From: Gnetum montanum
Taxonomy: Eukaryota > Plantae > Gnetophyta
Reading direction: 5' to 3'
DNA: 64,000 bases
NCBI GenBank assembly: GCA_015680685.1
Contig: MNCI01002704.1
Location: 413,622 to 477,621, forward strand
Position numbers and translations under genes: made by a program. Positions within the stretch are counted from its first letter, which is position 1; every line of letters starts with the position of its first letter. Shown in pieces: positions 41,520 through 55,494 of this stretch. Under the pieces are notes generated by a model that did not search any database, was not told the DNA's origin, and worked only from the letters and a program-made list of their open reading frames with translations.

Positions 41520-43080
41520 TATTATGATTGAAAACCTTGACCACTAGAAAAACCAAATATCCTTGATGTAATAGTTCCCCAACCCCAAATCCATAGGGCC
41601 TTCATGAGAAAAATGGGATTCAAGGTGTCCTAGTCAATTAGGCAGATCGACTAGGGACTTACAAAATGCAAAATGTGGGACTAAAAGAAAATGAAATGCA
41701 AAACTGGTAGCAAATTTGACATAATGCATAGATGATAAAAAAATATATATTTTTTACATAAAATCCAAAAATTAAAACTTTATTGGAAAATAAAATAAAG
41801 AATAAGTTTGAGAAATGTGTACAAATGATGCCTGAGTGTGTAGCAAAAGTGGCTTCACTGGTGTAGGAGTTCAAAGCTTGTTAAAGCTAATGGGATCTGC
41901 TTGACAATCCTGGTACTAAGTTGCTTCTGATGCTATTGAACCTTCCTCAATTACTACCACCTTAGATCTTGTAGTTGGATCACTATTGGAGGTGAGAAAA
42001 GAGGAAAATTTGGATGCCAGATTGCTCCATGCTAGGATTTGGGAATACCATAAGCGCTATGTTGACATCCAAAATCCACAAATATCAGGGCTACAATGCT
42101 TCCACACTGGGATTCAAGACAATGCAAATATGGGAACTTATAAGAGCTCTTGAGTGCCTAAGAATGTCCCAAGTGTGGAATTATGAATAATTTTGTATGT
42201 ATGCCAAAATTTTCTTGATAATACTGAACTTGCTTAAAATTCTAAAACCTGTAAATGGGGTTTAAGGTAAGATTTTATAGGATCTTTGGACTATGAATGG
42301 GACTACAAATTTGCTATGATTTGGCTGTCAAAATGGCTATAAAATGGCTACAAATTGCTTGTGAAATAGTTGCAAATTGGCTACCAATTTGCTACAAACT
42401 AGTTACCAAATTCAAGTGAGATGGGGGGTTACCATACATAGTAAGTGCTTCTCCACATGGCCATTCCATTTACTATAAGTAATAACTAGGACATGCCTTT
42501 CATGCTAGAGATGAATCTTCTATGCTGAGCTCTTGTAGAAGTGGCTACTTAATGTTGAAGTGCATGTAGTGATGAATTTTGGCTTTTGTGCCTTCCATGC
42601 TAGGGGATGTAATTTTCCACGTAGGGGGTGAAGACTCCACATCTGGGGAAACTTCCACAGTGAGGGAGAAGGTTTCTAGACTATGCATGTGGTCTCCACA
42701 CTAAAAGGAAAAAAATTTAAAAAATCCTACCTTTCCACAGTAGGGGTAGATAAGATTTACCCCCAAGCATGTGCTTCTAGCATATAAAAATGTATACCCT
42801 CCATAAAATTCATCAAATTTCTTTTTTTGACATTCCAAAAGGCATTTTTGACCCCCTCCCCCCAAGCCCAACTATAGACACTAGGTGACTTTTTTCACTT
42901 GGGGAATGAGGCTTTGACCACTTATGAGGCATTTTTCAACCCCAAAAGTATAAAGTATGTGAAATTTCCCACTATGGATTACAATTTTTACATTTACAAT
43001 GAATTTTTGCCTCCGGTTTCATGGGGTGAAAGCTACATGATGAATATTGAATATAACATGCATAGTTTTGTCATGTTTCA
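41520..43080 (-). repeat. 5' LTR of element A (~1561 bp)
   Basis: Homologous to 25676-27210; flanked by the PBS on the inside and TSD atggg on the outside. Confidence 0.9.
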
Positions 43081-46000
43081 ATGGGGTAATACACCAAAAA
43101 TATGGGGTGATAACCTAGAGTACACTAGAGAGATGGGGCAATACACCATAGCCCACAAAGCACCATAAGCCCCTAGTCATGAATGCACAGGCTCAAGTGC
43201 TTTTTAGCACATACAAATCCATCATATAGGGCCTCCAAGAGAAATTAGTAATTTTGAACTATGCATCATTTGTTCTAGGATGGACAACCATTCCAATGAT
43301 TGCAAAAAATACCCCAAAGACCACATCCATTCATGGAAGAGGGAGTCTAGGTGCTAATACCCAAAACTTAGCTCTAACCCTTAGCTAGTCATGACAACAT
43401 CACCTTGGATTTGAATATTCAGTCTACCATTGAAACTCACATGGACACCACGAACCACCCACTATCAAGATCAAGTTCATTGAGCTAATTTGTTTGAATT
43501 TTAGGTTACATTCCATAATCAATAACCCATGAATAAGATTCTTGTCAATCAAGGAACTTGAAAGAAATAATTCCACAATTTGTCCTATCTCAAGAAACGC
43601 TCACTAAAGGACATACCATCATAGCATGCCAAGACAAAGAACATACAGCATCATTTTGGAAGCACCTTGAGCAAGATCATGCCCTAGCATCCTTATTACA
43701 TTACCATATACAAAATAATAGGATTTTTCATAGGGATTTCAAAAGATCTCATATCAGGGCACAAACGTTACTTACAAACATAGAGAGGAGGTGCTTCTAG
43801 GATGAGCATATGAAAATACCATACATCAATTTTGGCCTTGTCATAGGGTGTGGCATAGGTATACAATAAGGAAAAAACTTATTCATATAAGGGAATAACA
43901 TCTAGCACTTTTTTTTGCATGATTTATTAAAAGTGAGTACATCACAACATTACATTACAATCTTGCACATCCAAGGATAGGAATTCATTTGGTGAGCATA
44001 ATACATGACATTTGGAAATGTTACCCAAACCTAGAAGGCTATAGGACAAACTACTCGACCCCATCCTAATTTGAAGGGTTTAAGCCACCATGATCAATAC
44101 CAAAGCTACATCATGTTGTTTTGAGAAAAATTTATCCATGTCTTTGCATGTACATGAACAAATATTGCATTGCACCCACTACAAGACTACCATCAAAAGA
44201 AAACAAATAGGTACATGAACATAATGATTGAACCACATAGGACACCAACTAAGAATCCACCACCCATCATAGTGAAACCACAAGGAATTGGCCACTCTTG
44301 AACCATTAGTATCTAGCATGGCTAAGGATACTATTTTATGACATCTGCTAAGTCAATATCTATAGGGTCTAGGATGGATCACCATTCTCTGTTAGTGCCC
44401 ACCTAGCACTGAGAGGCAAACAAATCATGATGTACTAGTTGCTCCACCACAGCAAGGATATAGATAAATCCACAACCCAATGTTGGGATTTTGAGGCCAA
44501 GTAACTACTTCATGAAGGCCTCAACAGCACACATGTTTCCCATAGACATAATGCTCATAGAATCAACTAAGATCACCACCAGCTACATCTTTATACCTAT
44601 GCTAACTACAAGGGCAAGAAAATAGCCTAGAAACAAAGCAGTTAGCAAGAACATGATTAGCACATTAGCCTCATATACAACCATCAAGCATGATCACACA
44701 ACTAAGAAATATCTATCTTAGAACACCATAGAAAGCAAGACCTCAGCAACACACATAGAGATCAATCATGCAAAACATGATGGGTTAATTAGATACACTC
44801 ACATAAAAGAATTTATCATGAGGAACACCAAGAGAGAGAGAAGTGTAACACTCTAAAAATTCCAAAGATTTACATATAACAAATGTTCCTAGCCATTGAC
44901 ACTGGTTTCCATTAAGATCAAAATCTCAAAAAATTCACAAGAGCCATTGGCACTAGAAAACCATTATCTCAACTCAAAACATAAGGAGGGAGACCAAGTT
45001 CTAGCCAACAATAGGTCTCACCAAAGCTCCAATTCTCTCTACAAAGAGCAACATTAGACAGAATGCATCCACAAGGAAAACTCTCATTAAGAGAGGTGAG
45101 GTCTCAACAAGAACCAATAATAGGATGACTTGTTCCAAAAGGTCTCTAAATTAAAATTCCTAATAAATAACACCAACGAAAGAAGTGATGCCACAAAACC
45201 AAGGGCAACACAACTAGCTCAATGAGAAAACATAACACACATGAGATCTATGACAAGGGTAACTATGCCCAAAGCACAAGAAGTTATCAAAACAAGAACC
45301 ATAATAATTTGATCTTGGGATGGCACACATGGACTCAAAATGCATCCTCAACAATCCCAACAATGAGTCATCAGATAGCATAGAACACAATTCTTTGAAT
45401 TATGAACAATAGACACAGAAAGAGAGACATACATGCAGAATTTGAAAATGTAGTCAAGGAAAACACACATACATAACTAGACAAACATACAATCACAAAC
45501 ACAAGCATATGAAGACTACTAATGATGGTCTTGATCAACCTAGAACTAAGCTCACTGAGAGCACATGTTCGAAGGCCCTCCCTCATGAGGTACTTAGGAT
45601 CCAACATGTCCAAATTTGTAATTCCCCCACTCACTGTATCTAGGGTGAATGGGGATGTAAGAATATTGTATCCTACATAATTCAATCAATGCCATCTTAA
45701 TACATGTCATCTAAGTGGATACTAGGTACAATTCATCCTAGATGAACAACTAAAGACTAGAGATGAGAGCTCCCTAAGCAAAAGTAATTTATATGTTGCT
45801 AATAGAAATCTCTTTTGTGATATCAAAGTAAAACCATAATTGGTCCAGCCACAAGTAAATTAATGGAGGGCAACCCAACAAGATAACCATATACATCCTT
45901 TAGAAGAACAACATACATCAGTTGCTCATACCATAACATCAACCCCATAATGAAACACTTAAGAGTCTTACCATAAGGCAACTCTTTAAAAAGTACATAA

Positions 46001-46126
46001 GGTTATGATTTTATATCACCTAGATATTTATCTAAAAGGACCATAAATAGAAAACCTCAATGGTGTAACACTACCAAAGGATAAAAGCTTATCACAACAT
46101 GATTAGAAAAATGCTTTAGGGCCACA

Positions 46127-46700
46127 TGTAACAATGTTGCCCCCACATTGTTTGGCAGCCCAAGGAATTCATTGAGATCTAATGGATCTAGGAGGAAAAA
46201 CTTGGGGAATATGTCTTTAACAAGAAAGGAACCCCTAAAAGGGAGCGAGTGGTACAATAGCTTCTTAATAAGAGAGAATGCACCTCATGGAGAATTACTA
46301 AAATCTGACTGAGGACTTTGTAAACAAGTACACAAACAATCATGTAGATAGCATCGGTGGAAGGCGTGATGATGTATCTACAAGGGGTGCCTCACCCCCA
46401 GACCCCTCATGATCTGGTACAAGGTTTGACATGGTACCACACCAAATCTATCTATTCATGGTTATCTACATATCTGTGACCACCATAGAATCAGGATCAT
46501 GTAGTTCTTCATGTAAGCGTAGTACAAACAAACTTTGAAAGGGATGAAACAAGAGGGAGTCCTACTACTAGCCTAGTATTGCTAAGCCAAGATGGATTTT
46601 CCAACACTTGAGTGTCACTCAAGGGTACCTTAGTGTGTTCCATGGCCCCCAAACCATGGGAAGAGCCCAGGAGAACCTCTATCTTGAGATATCTCTCAAA
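46127..46700 (-). repeat. 5' LTR of element C (~574 bp)
   Basis: tgtaacaatgttgcc...gagatatctctcaaa, followed by TSD tacta. Confidence 0.9.
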
Positions 46701-47109
46701 TACTAGGTGACTTTTTTCACTTGGAGGATGAGGCTTTGATCACTTATGAGGAATTTTTCAGCTCCAAAAGTATGAAATATGTGAGAAATCCCTCCATGGA
46801 TGACAATATTTACATTTACAATGAATTTTTGCCTTGGGTTTCATGGGCTGAAAGCTACATGATGGAAATTAGCTATAACATACAAAATTTTGAGGTGTTT
46901 CAATGGCCCCTCTTTGTTGGTGTCTGAAGGATTGACCCAAGAGGCACCAACAAAGAATACAAAATACCATTACATATTATAATACTACAATGCATACAAG
47001 CCATATGAGATGATAAAAACAAGCTATCTAGATCACTAAAGTCACTAGTTTAAAGTCATGGTAGGCCATGGTACTAGTTTAAGGCCTTGTTAATGATTTT
47101 TGGCTACAT

Positions 47110-49602
47110 GTAGTATGGATTTAAATAGGAATGATTGATTGGATTGGCTAACTGATTTCCATCCTTGTTAGCTATTCTAAACACACCATTCTTGTAGGCT
47201 CTAGTGATAATAAAGGGCCATAACAATTTTCAAAGATAATCCTATGATGACATATTGCTTCAATTTCTTGCATACAACATCCTTTTTAGTAGTTAGGACT
47301 TGTGAGGATTCGTCATGCATAAGGTAAAATATAATATCATCATGAATGATGGCCACAAAGGTATCCCTGGTGTTCTATGTGATGGAAGTAGCACAGTTCA
47401 TAGTTAAGGTGGACAACTTACTAAACACATCTAGTGTCATACTAAGGGCTAACGTTGCAATTGCAAAGCTATGATGTTCTTGTTTCAAGGTATGTGTTGG
47501 ATATTCATGTCTATGAATTTTTGTAACAATTATTCTCCTAGGTCATAGTAAGGTTGTAAGTGTTTGGATTTACATGAATAGACTTCGGTTACTTACTAAA
47601 CCATGAGTTGTGAATTGCCTTTGATTGCTAAGCATCTACTTTCTCGGTTATGAGCTACAATCATCCCTTTGATCAAACCCTTGTACTCTGCTATGTTTTT
47701 GGTACATGGGAACTCAAAACAATAGGCAATGGGTTGAGTCTCACCAGATGGAAATTCTATGATGGAAGTAGCATTGGCCCCATGGGAAGTTGAAGCTTCG
47801 TCAAAGTGCATGATCACCTCATAATCCTCAGAAACTTAGCTCACTATCTTACTATGCTCATTAGGGAATTCAAGATCTATGACTACTTCATCATCAATAG
47901 GTGAAATCATGAGTTGTAAGGCTATAGCTTGACCTTTCATTGAGGATGAAGAGACATAATGAAGGTCAAACTCCATGGTTATGGCTTTCCATTGGGCTAT
48001 ACGAGTACTTTCATAAATGTTTGTTATGGCTCTAAGTATGTTGTCTTTGCAAATGACATTGACTTGGCTTCTAAAGAGGTAGTGTCTTCACTTCTTCAAA
48101 GAGAAGACTACTGCTAGACAATACTCCTTCACTTTAGTGTATTAGGCCTCATGGAAAACAAATGCATGGCTAAGGTAGTATATAGGAATTTCTACTCCAT
48201 CATCATGTTTCTGACAAAGTAGAGAGGCAATGAATGCATCGAATATGGCAAGGTAAATGTAAAATGATTTACCTTCTTGTGAAGGATAGACTATTGATAG
48301 TTGTATCTACTCTTGCTTAAGGTTTTCAAAGGCCTATTGGCATTGAGTCCTCCACTCATAGTAAACTCCTTTCTTAAGCAAATGTTGCATGGGTTGTAAT
48401 TTATTAGCAAGCCTAGTGATAAACATACAAATAAACTGTAATCTGCCTTATAATCTCTAAAGCTCCATAAGGTTGGTAGGCATTGCTAATTTGGATATGG
48501 CCTTAACCTTATCAAGATTGGTCCATGTCCTTGCTTTAGAAACTACAAAGCCAAGCATCTTATTAATCTTGACATCGAAGATACATTTCTTGGGATTAAG
48601 CCTAAGCTCATATTTGAGGCATTATTTAAGCACAAGGTCTAGGTTATTAGCATGGTTATTGGCCACTTTGAACTAAATAGCTATATCATCTACATAATCA
48701 TTGAGAAAATCCAACATGTAATCACTGAATATATAGGTCATCACTCATTTATAGGTCACTCCAACATTCTTAAAGTCGAATGACATCACAGTATAGCAAA
48801 AGGTACCACATGGGATCATAAAGGTCATGCTAACTTAGTGCTCTAGGTTAATCCTAATTTGATTATATCCTAATAACCCATCCATAAAGGACAATAAGAC
48901 ATGTCTGGCCATAGTATTAATAAGTTGATCAATACTAGGCAAAGGGAAGTTAGCCTTGATAGTAACTTTATTTAGGTCTTGAAAATTGATGCAAATATAG
49001 ATACTCCCATTCTTCGTAGGGACTACCACTATGTTGGACACCCATTTTTCATAGTTGATAGTCCTAATAAAACTAGCTTGGTATAGCTTTAAGATCTAAT
49101 TATCAACTACCAAGGCTAAATCAGGTCTAATCTTGTGCACTTTTCGCTTAACTATTCTAATGCTAGGATCTAGTGTGATGTTGTGCTAGACTAAATATGG
49201 GTCTAAGCCTATCATAACTTCACATGACCAAGCAAAGGTTCTAATGTTTCTTTGTAGGACCTTGGTGATGTCTTGAGCCTATTGAGGTTCTAGTGAGGAA
49301 CTTAGTTTAAGGATTTTCTCCTCACCAATATGTGTTGTGATAGGAACCTTAACTAAAGAGTCTTCGATTATGTTACCTACCTCTAAGTTAAGGGTTCTAA
49401 CTAGGTTTTCAAGCCATTCTAGAGGTTTCTCTATCAAGGCTATGTGGTCTACAAGATTCTCAAGCTTACGATCAAGGCAATCAAGGTTGATACACCATTC
49501 AACATCACCATGAGGTCCATGTAGATACAAAGGTAAAATAATTTTCTCCCAAGTACTCATACTTTGATCTTGCATGTCAAACAAAAGAATATTAAGTGGC
49601 AC
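47110..49602 (-). pseudogene. pol: RT-RH-aRH remnant of element B with integrase core deleted
   Basis: NIVVVPTKNGSIYICINFQDLNK...FPLPSIDQL...FMDGLLGYNQI (48835-49041). aRH HFDEAS...NIAEYKGLIKG (47596-47817). The integrase jumps from its N-terminal region to the GPF region at ~47220-47240. Confidence 0.9.
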
Positions 49603-52600
49603 CTAGGTAAAAGTAAATAAAAAATTTTAAAATGCTATAAAATCATGTAAACACATGTAGATCTAATGCAAACAAGGTTGTCCAAGGCTATAAATAGGGA
49701 ATCAACAAGAAAAAAAAGTGCAATAAGGACTAAATAAATGTCAAACCAAGGTTAAACAAAGTAAAGTATAAGAAATAAGACTACCAATGATCAAAAAGGC
49801 CATAATTTGACTAGTTTTTGGCCTTAATAGGCCATGATGCTAGTTTAAGGCCTTAATGGATGATGGTCACATGGTATCAAATAGTGGTCAAGGAAGGTTA
49901 AACCCTACTATTTGATATCATTCAAAGGCCAAAAAATGGAAATAATGCTACAATATATAATGCTATAAAGACCATAAGAAGATTAATAAGGTTGACAATG
50001 TAACACTAGCCTGAAACAAGTCAAAGCATCATGTAATAAGGCAAAAATCAAGCAAAATAGGTTACATATGATGAAATTTTGCTAATATAGGTAAAAAAAG
50101 GATTAGTTTTTACTAGTTTTAGGCCTTAGTGAGCCATGTCTTGAGGTTTCAAGGTTATTGGATGAGTTCAGGCATTAATCAAGGCTATTTCTAGTCTGTT
50201 TGGACCTAAAAATTAGGATTTTTTAGGCTTTCATATTGGGCCCCCCTTATTTCCACACTAGTTGGCATGGAAGAAGGGATTCTCAACATGGAAACCAATG
50301 AGAGTATATTTCAGAGCATCCATAGGTCCAAATTTGAGTTTCCAAGACCTCCCAAAGGCAATGTAGGGCCAAATCTATCAAAATTGAACACTTTGAAGGT
50401 CTATAAAGGCCAAAAGGCAAGCTTTGAAGCCTCACCCATGTTTCCATCCTAGAAAGCATGGAAAAGATGAGGTTTAACGTGAAGAACCAATATTCAAGTT
50501 AAAACAAGATCAAACATGGTTAAACAGGTAGTCAAAATCTAGATTTGGGAGTTGTGCATCCCTTAGCTTTGTTTTAAGACAATTTGAGGTAAGTTTGAGC
50601 ATTAAAAAATGTTGAAATGGCTTCCCCATCCTTCTTTTTCCACATTAAGCATAGTATCCCTAACATGGAAGAATGGGAGGAACACTTTTTTTGTGGATTT
50701 AGAGTGGTCTGAGAGCACATTGACCAAGTTTCTAGGCCCCTAGAACTATAGGTCATGATTCTATAAGTTTCTAGTTCATTTTGGGCATGTTTGGAGATCA
50801 TTAAAGGGCACCTAACGTCTTTCCCTATTTTTCCATGCTAGGAAAGTTGCTCCAACATGGATGAATAGGGGGAATGAATTTTAGAGGTCAAAATGAGGTC
50901 AAACAAGTAAAATTTTCAGCCTATGAGGTTTTAGGCTCATCCAACGTAGATCTTTGGCTTCCAAGAGTGTTGTCTTATCACCAAAGTGGAAAATCAACTT
51001 TTCCCCAATGTTTTCACACTACCCAACATGAAGGGGATCTTCTCTAGCATGGATGGAGAAAGAATATTATTTCTAGATCAATTTTCATCATAACCGACCA
51101 TGCATGTCAACTTCTACGGTTGCTAGGGCCAAGCGCTAGGGTTTCTATTAAAATTTGGTAATTTTATGTACTTTTGGATGTTTTTTGGGCTTTTCCCCTT
51201 TTTTCCACCTTAGAGCTAGGGAGCTCAGTATGGAAGACTAGGGGAACCACTTTTTGGCCATTTGGAATTAGTTTTCTATGGTTTGAATGCTCTAATAGCT
51301 ATTAACAAGGTTCTAGAGTGCATGCATACTTGTTTGATGTTATTCTGAGGTGTTTAAGAGCTAAAAATATGTTTTCTCATCATTTTACACATTGGACAGT
51401 GTCAAGGAAGGGATACCTAGCATGGAAGAATCATAAATCTTAGATTTAGACCATTTTTTACCTTAATAGATCATGCATGTGTGCCTCCAAGGTTGTCAGG
51501 GTCAAAGACTAGGGTTTTAGGTCAAGTCTAATGAGTTTGGAGGTTCCCTAGATGGGTTTCAAGCTTCTCCCCTATTTTCCACAACAAGGATAGCATGCTC
51601 AGTGTGGAAGACTAGAGATAGAAACTTTTGTCTCTCTATGATCAATTTTGTAAGGTTTGAGGGCTCCAAAAGGTGTAAAACTAGTCCTAGGGTTCATGTG
51701 AGGCTATAGGGTGACTAACTGAGGTGTCTGAAGCTCATTTTGAAGTCTCCCGAAAATTTCCCTCTATGTACCATGTTGGGAAACATGGAAGAAGTGGCTC
51801 TAAACATGGAAGAACTAATGAACTGTAATTTTTTCCATTTTCTATCATCTCTAGCTATGTCAAAACTTGATCATTTCAAGGGTTATTAAGTAGTTTTTGG
51901 GCTTTCACCATATTTTCCCCACTAGGGCTTTCATGCTCAGAGTGGAAGATTGGAGAGAAGGATTTTTTGGCTATTTGTGGTCAATTTCAAAGAGTCTAAG
52001 GGTTCTAGGGTGAGTAGACAAGTTCCTAGAACACACACAAGGATTTCTAGCATTCATTTAAGGTCCTTGAGAACCATTTTAGTGTCCCACCAAAGTTTCC
52101 CCCTTTCCACCAAGTGGGTCAATGTGGAAGAGGTGGATCCTAGCATGGAGGAACCAACACTAAATTTTTGCTACATTTGGTAGTTTTGACTATGCATTAG
52201 TATCTACATGATTGCTGGTGTTGTCTATCAATGTCTATGGTCAAAATCCAATTATTCTAAAGGCTATGAGTGGGTTTTTAGACTTTCCCCCCTCCATCCA
52301 CACTAGGGTTGGGATTCTCAACGTAGATAAGTTATTCCCTGGTGTGAAGAGCCCAAGGAAGATAAGTTTTGATCATTTTAGATGACTTCTAGAAGTCTGG
52401 TGGCTTCCAAAAGGTCTAGGTTGCTTTTGGAATTTGAACTACATGAAAAATCCAATGGTTTTAACTTCTCCCCCTTTCATCCACATTGGGACTAGGATTC
52501 TTATCATGGAGGGGATCCTCCTCAACATGGAAGTACCTTAGGAAGTTGATTTGTTTCATTCTAGTTGCTTCTAGAGGGAATATCAAGGTCCTAATGTTAG

Positions 52601-55494
52601 GTACAAGGTAATTTGACATTGTTTTCTTATTTTTGGGATCCCCTACTAACTTTCCTAGTCAATCCTCCTAGTTTTCCACCCTAGGTAGCATGGAAGAGAT
52701 CTCCCTCAATGTGGAAGAACTAAGAAAATAATGTCTATGCTAGTTTGATAGCTAATTGACCATGCATGTTAGTCTCTGGGGTTGCTAGTGTTGACTGTCA
52801 ATGCTGGGTGTTAGGATCCAGCAGTTTGAAGGTTCTTAAGTACCTCATGTAGTTTTCCCCCTTTCTTCATGCTAGGCATGATGACCCTATAGTCGATGAA
52901 ATAAGGATGGTATTTTTGTGCCATATTTAACTACTTGTGGGACATTTGAAAGCTCCAAAGGGTTCTAGTAGGGTCTAGGTATTACCAAGCTTTGAGAAAT
53001 GGTTACTAAGTAGTCAATTTAGGTCATTTTTTATTTCCCCCATCCATCCACATTGGAGATGAGATGATTAGCATGGATGAAGCCTTCCCTAGTGTGGAAA
53101 CACCAAATCCTAAGGTTTTTCCAAATTTTGACCAATTTCAACTAGGTTCGATGAGGTTCCTTGTCTACCAAAGATGCTTGGAAAGGATCTAGGTCATGTG
53201 GAACCTACTTCAGAGTTAAACATGGGCTAGATGGATGTTTGCGATTAAGAATAGATGTTGCCCCCTTTCTTCTAGGTTGGGCACTATTTCCCCAATGTGA
53301 AAACCCAAATCATCTAGTTTCGTCCATGTCCAATCCATTTTTGGAAGCTTGAGGTTGAAAAAGATAGTTTTTGTTTCCTAGAAATGGTAAAATGGCTATG
53401 TTTTATTGCTTTTGTGAACTGGAAGGATATATCCCTACTAAGCATGGTACTCCTAGCATGAATGCATGAGTTAGGGTTTGGTTATGTTCTAAGTATCAAA
53501 AGTGACTAAATCTTAGTGTTGATGTAATTTTTTAGCAAAGAGGGAAGGTGTATGGTGGGGTCCATAATTCAAAAATTTGAAATTTTGAATTTTGAGCTTA
53601 ACTACCATCAATCTTAGTCTGGAAGAAACTTCGCCCAACCCCACCCACCCTTGCACTTTAGTGTAGTTGGAGTTATCATCTACTACTCTAGCAATTGGGA
53701 TTTAGAGATGGGCATTTAGGTTTAGATGTGTTTTAATGCCAAATTTTACAAGTTTTCAATCACAATTATCATTCTTGAAATCTATCCATTGGAGGAGAGA
53801 TTTGGTAGATAATTTTATGGTAGAAGCAACCTATCCTCAGCATGGAAGCCTCATTCCTTCTTGCACATAGTGTAGAACTCCTATTTTTCTTAATTTCAAT
53901 CATCCACAACATTGAGCCTATCATGGCATCTAAGCAACATGGATGAAAGAACTGGAATCCTAGGATTCAAAAGGTGGATGATCATACCTATAAGGATTAC
54001 CTAGTCCTATCTCAATCTAGGCTTCATTTGTTGCTACTTTGAGGTAGGTAGTTCTACCTAATTTTACTTGGTTTTTTGGTTATTTTCATTACTTTTTCTT
54101 ATGTTTTTGTTGCCACTTATGGTATCATTTTTCTCAAATCTATGCTAAAAAATGGGATAAAACAAATTGATGATGAAATCAGCCATCTTATTTTGGCTAT
54201 TTCCATTCAAATCTATGGTTGTTTCATTATTTTGGCTTTAGTAGATTTAATTCTTAAAATAAGGCTTGCTATTTTTTATCCTTTTGTCCCAAAATCTAGG
54301 GATAGGACCATTTTCTCAAATCTAGGTCAATGTGTTTGTTAAAATTAAATTTTGACAAAATCCTATCCATTATTTTTGTGTTTTTTCTAATGGGTATTTA
54401 TCATTTTGGTTGTGTTGGCTATTTTTTTATAGCTGCGTTAAGTTGGGTTTTAGCTTTTTAGCTTTTTACATCAAAAAAGAAAGCAATGTTGGGTATTTTT
54501 TTCTTAAGAAAATGGCTACATATTTCTCAAATCCAATCTTATGGGTTCATGGTTCTCTATTTAAGATTTCCAATGGCTATTGTCACATACAATTTGGCTT
54601 TGAAATGACTATGTTATGTCTATTTTCCTAAGGTCATGCAGTTAGGATCATTATGCCATTTTTATATTTTCATGTAAATTCATGAATTTTTTCTTAGCAA
54701 ACAACAAGATTTTTGGCTATTTTTTAGCTATTTCTAGGTATTTCTTGGCTTCATCTTTCCAATGAAGGTGGAATTACTCTAATTAGCTTTAAAATAAATT
54801 TTTTATGAATTTGTTTCTAAGCCTTTGTCAAAAGGAGATTTGTGTCATTTTCAAATTCTTGTCCAAATTAGTGAGTTTCTCTGAATAAAATACAAGGGTT
54901 TTGAATTTTTATTAAATATGGATGTGTAGAAGTTGATTTGAATGTTCAAATGGTGATGGAGTCACTCTGATTGCAGTTGAAACAAATTTTTGAAAATTTT
55001 TTACTAACCCTATGTGGAAAGGGATTAATGGTGATGGCTATGGTCTTTGCTAATTTTCTTTGTATTCCATCTAATAATGGTTATGTATTTCTTATTACAA
55101 TGATTATGGCTATAATATTTATGATTTTAGGATTTCTTTTATGATGGAATCATTGAAATTAGAGCCCAAACAAATTTTTAATAAATTTTTGGTTAAACTA
55201 TACAAATAAGGTTAAATTTTGTATGGATGTGATTACTATGTGTAGTTTTTCTTGTAAAATTTATGTTTTAAATTTTTTTAAGAAAATAAAAGGCTTCACT
55301 ATTTTTAGAAAGATTTTTACTATGGCTACTAAGTTTCAATGATTTTTCTAAGTTTATGCATGTTTTAAACAAAGGCTTAATCTCTAGTAGACATCATTAG
55401 TCCATGTTACCTTATAGAGATCAAGTTAATCTCTAGCTTGATCTCTATTGCTTTGACTAGATATTGATGCTAAACTTTGGTTGTTTCTTTGCAG

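Larger units (their letters stand above)
25676..43080 (-). mobile_element. full-length Tat/Ogre-like LTR retrotransposon A (~17.4 kb), TSD ATGGG
   Basis: LTRs at 25676-27210 and 41520-43080. ATGGG at 25671-25675 and 43081-43085. tRNA-Asn PBS present. Domain order gag-PR-[spacer]-RT-RH-aRH-INT. Confidence 0.9.
22943..46700 (-). mobile_element. Ty3/gypsy element C with both LTRs and TSD TACTA (hosts element A)
   Basis: Direct repeats at 22943-23507 and 46127-46700. TACTA at 22938-22942 and 46701-46705. PPT ggggaggat on the minus strand next to the left LTR. Decayed minus-strand INT/RH/RT at ~23520-25670 and protease/gag at ~43300-44300. Confidence 0.85.

Noticed and set aside
27053-46927. Three similar small ORFs (27053, 42899, 46721; 'MGDEALTTYEAFF') as a gene family
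   Set aside because: They are the same LTR segment in three copies, start at TTG and have inconsistent ends and indels.
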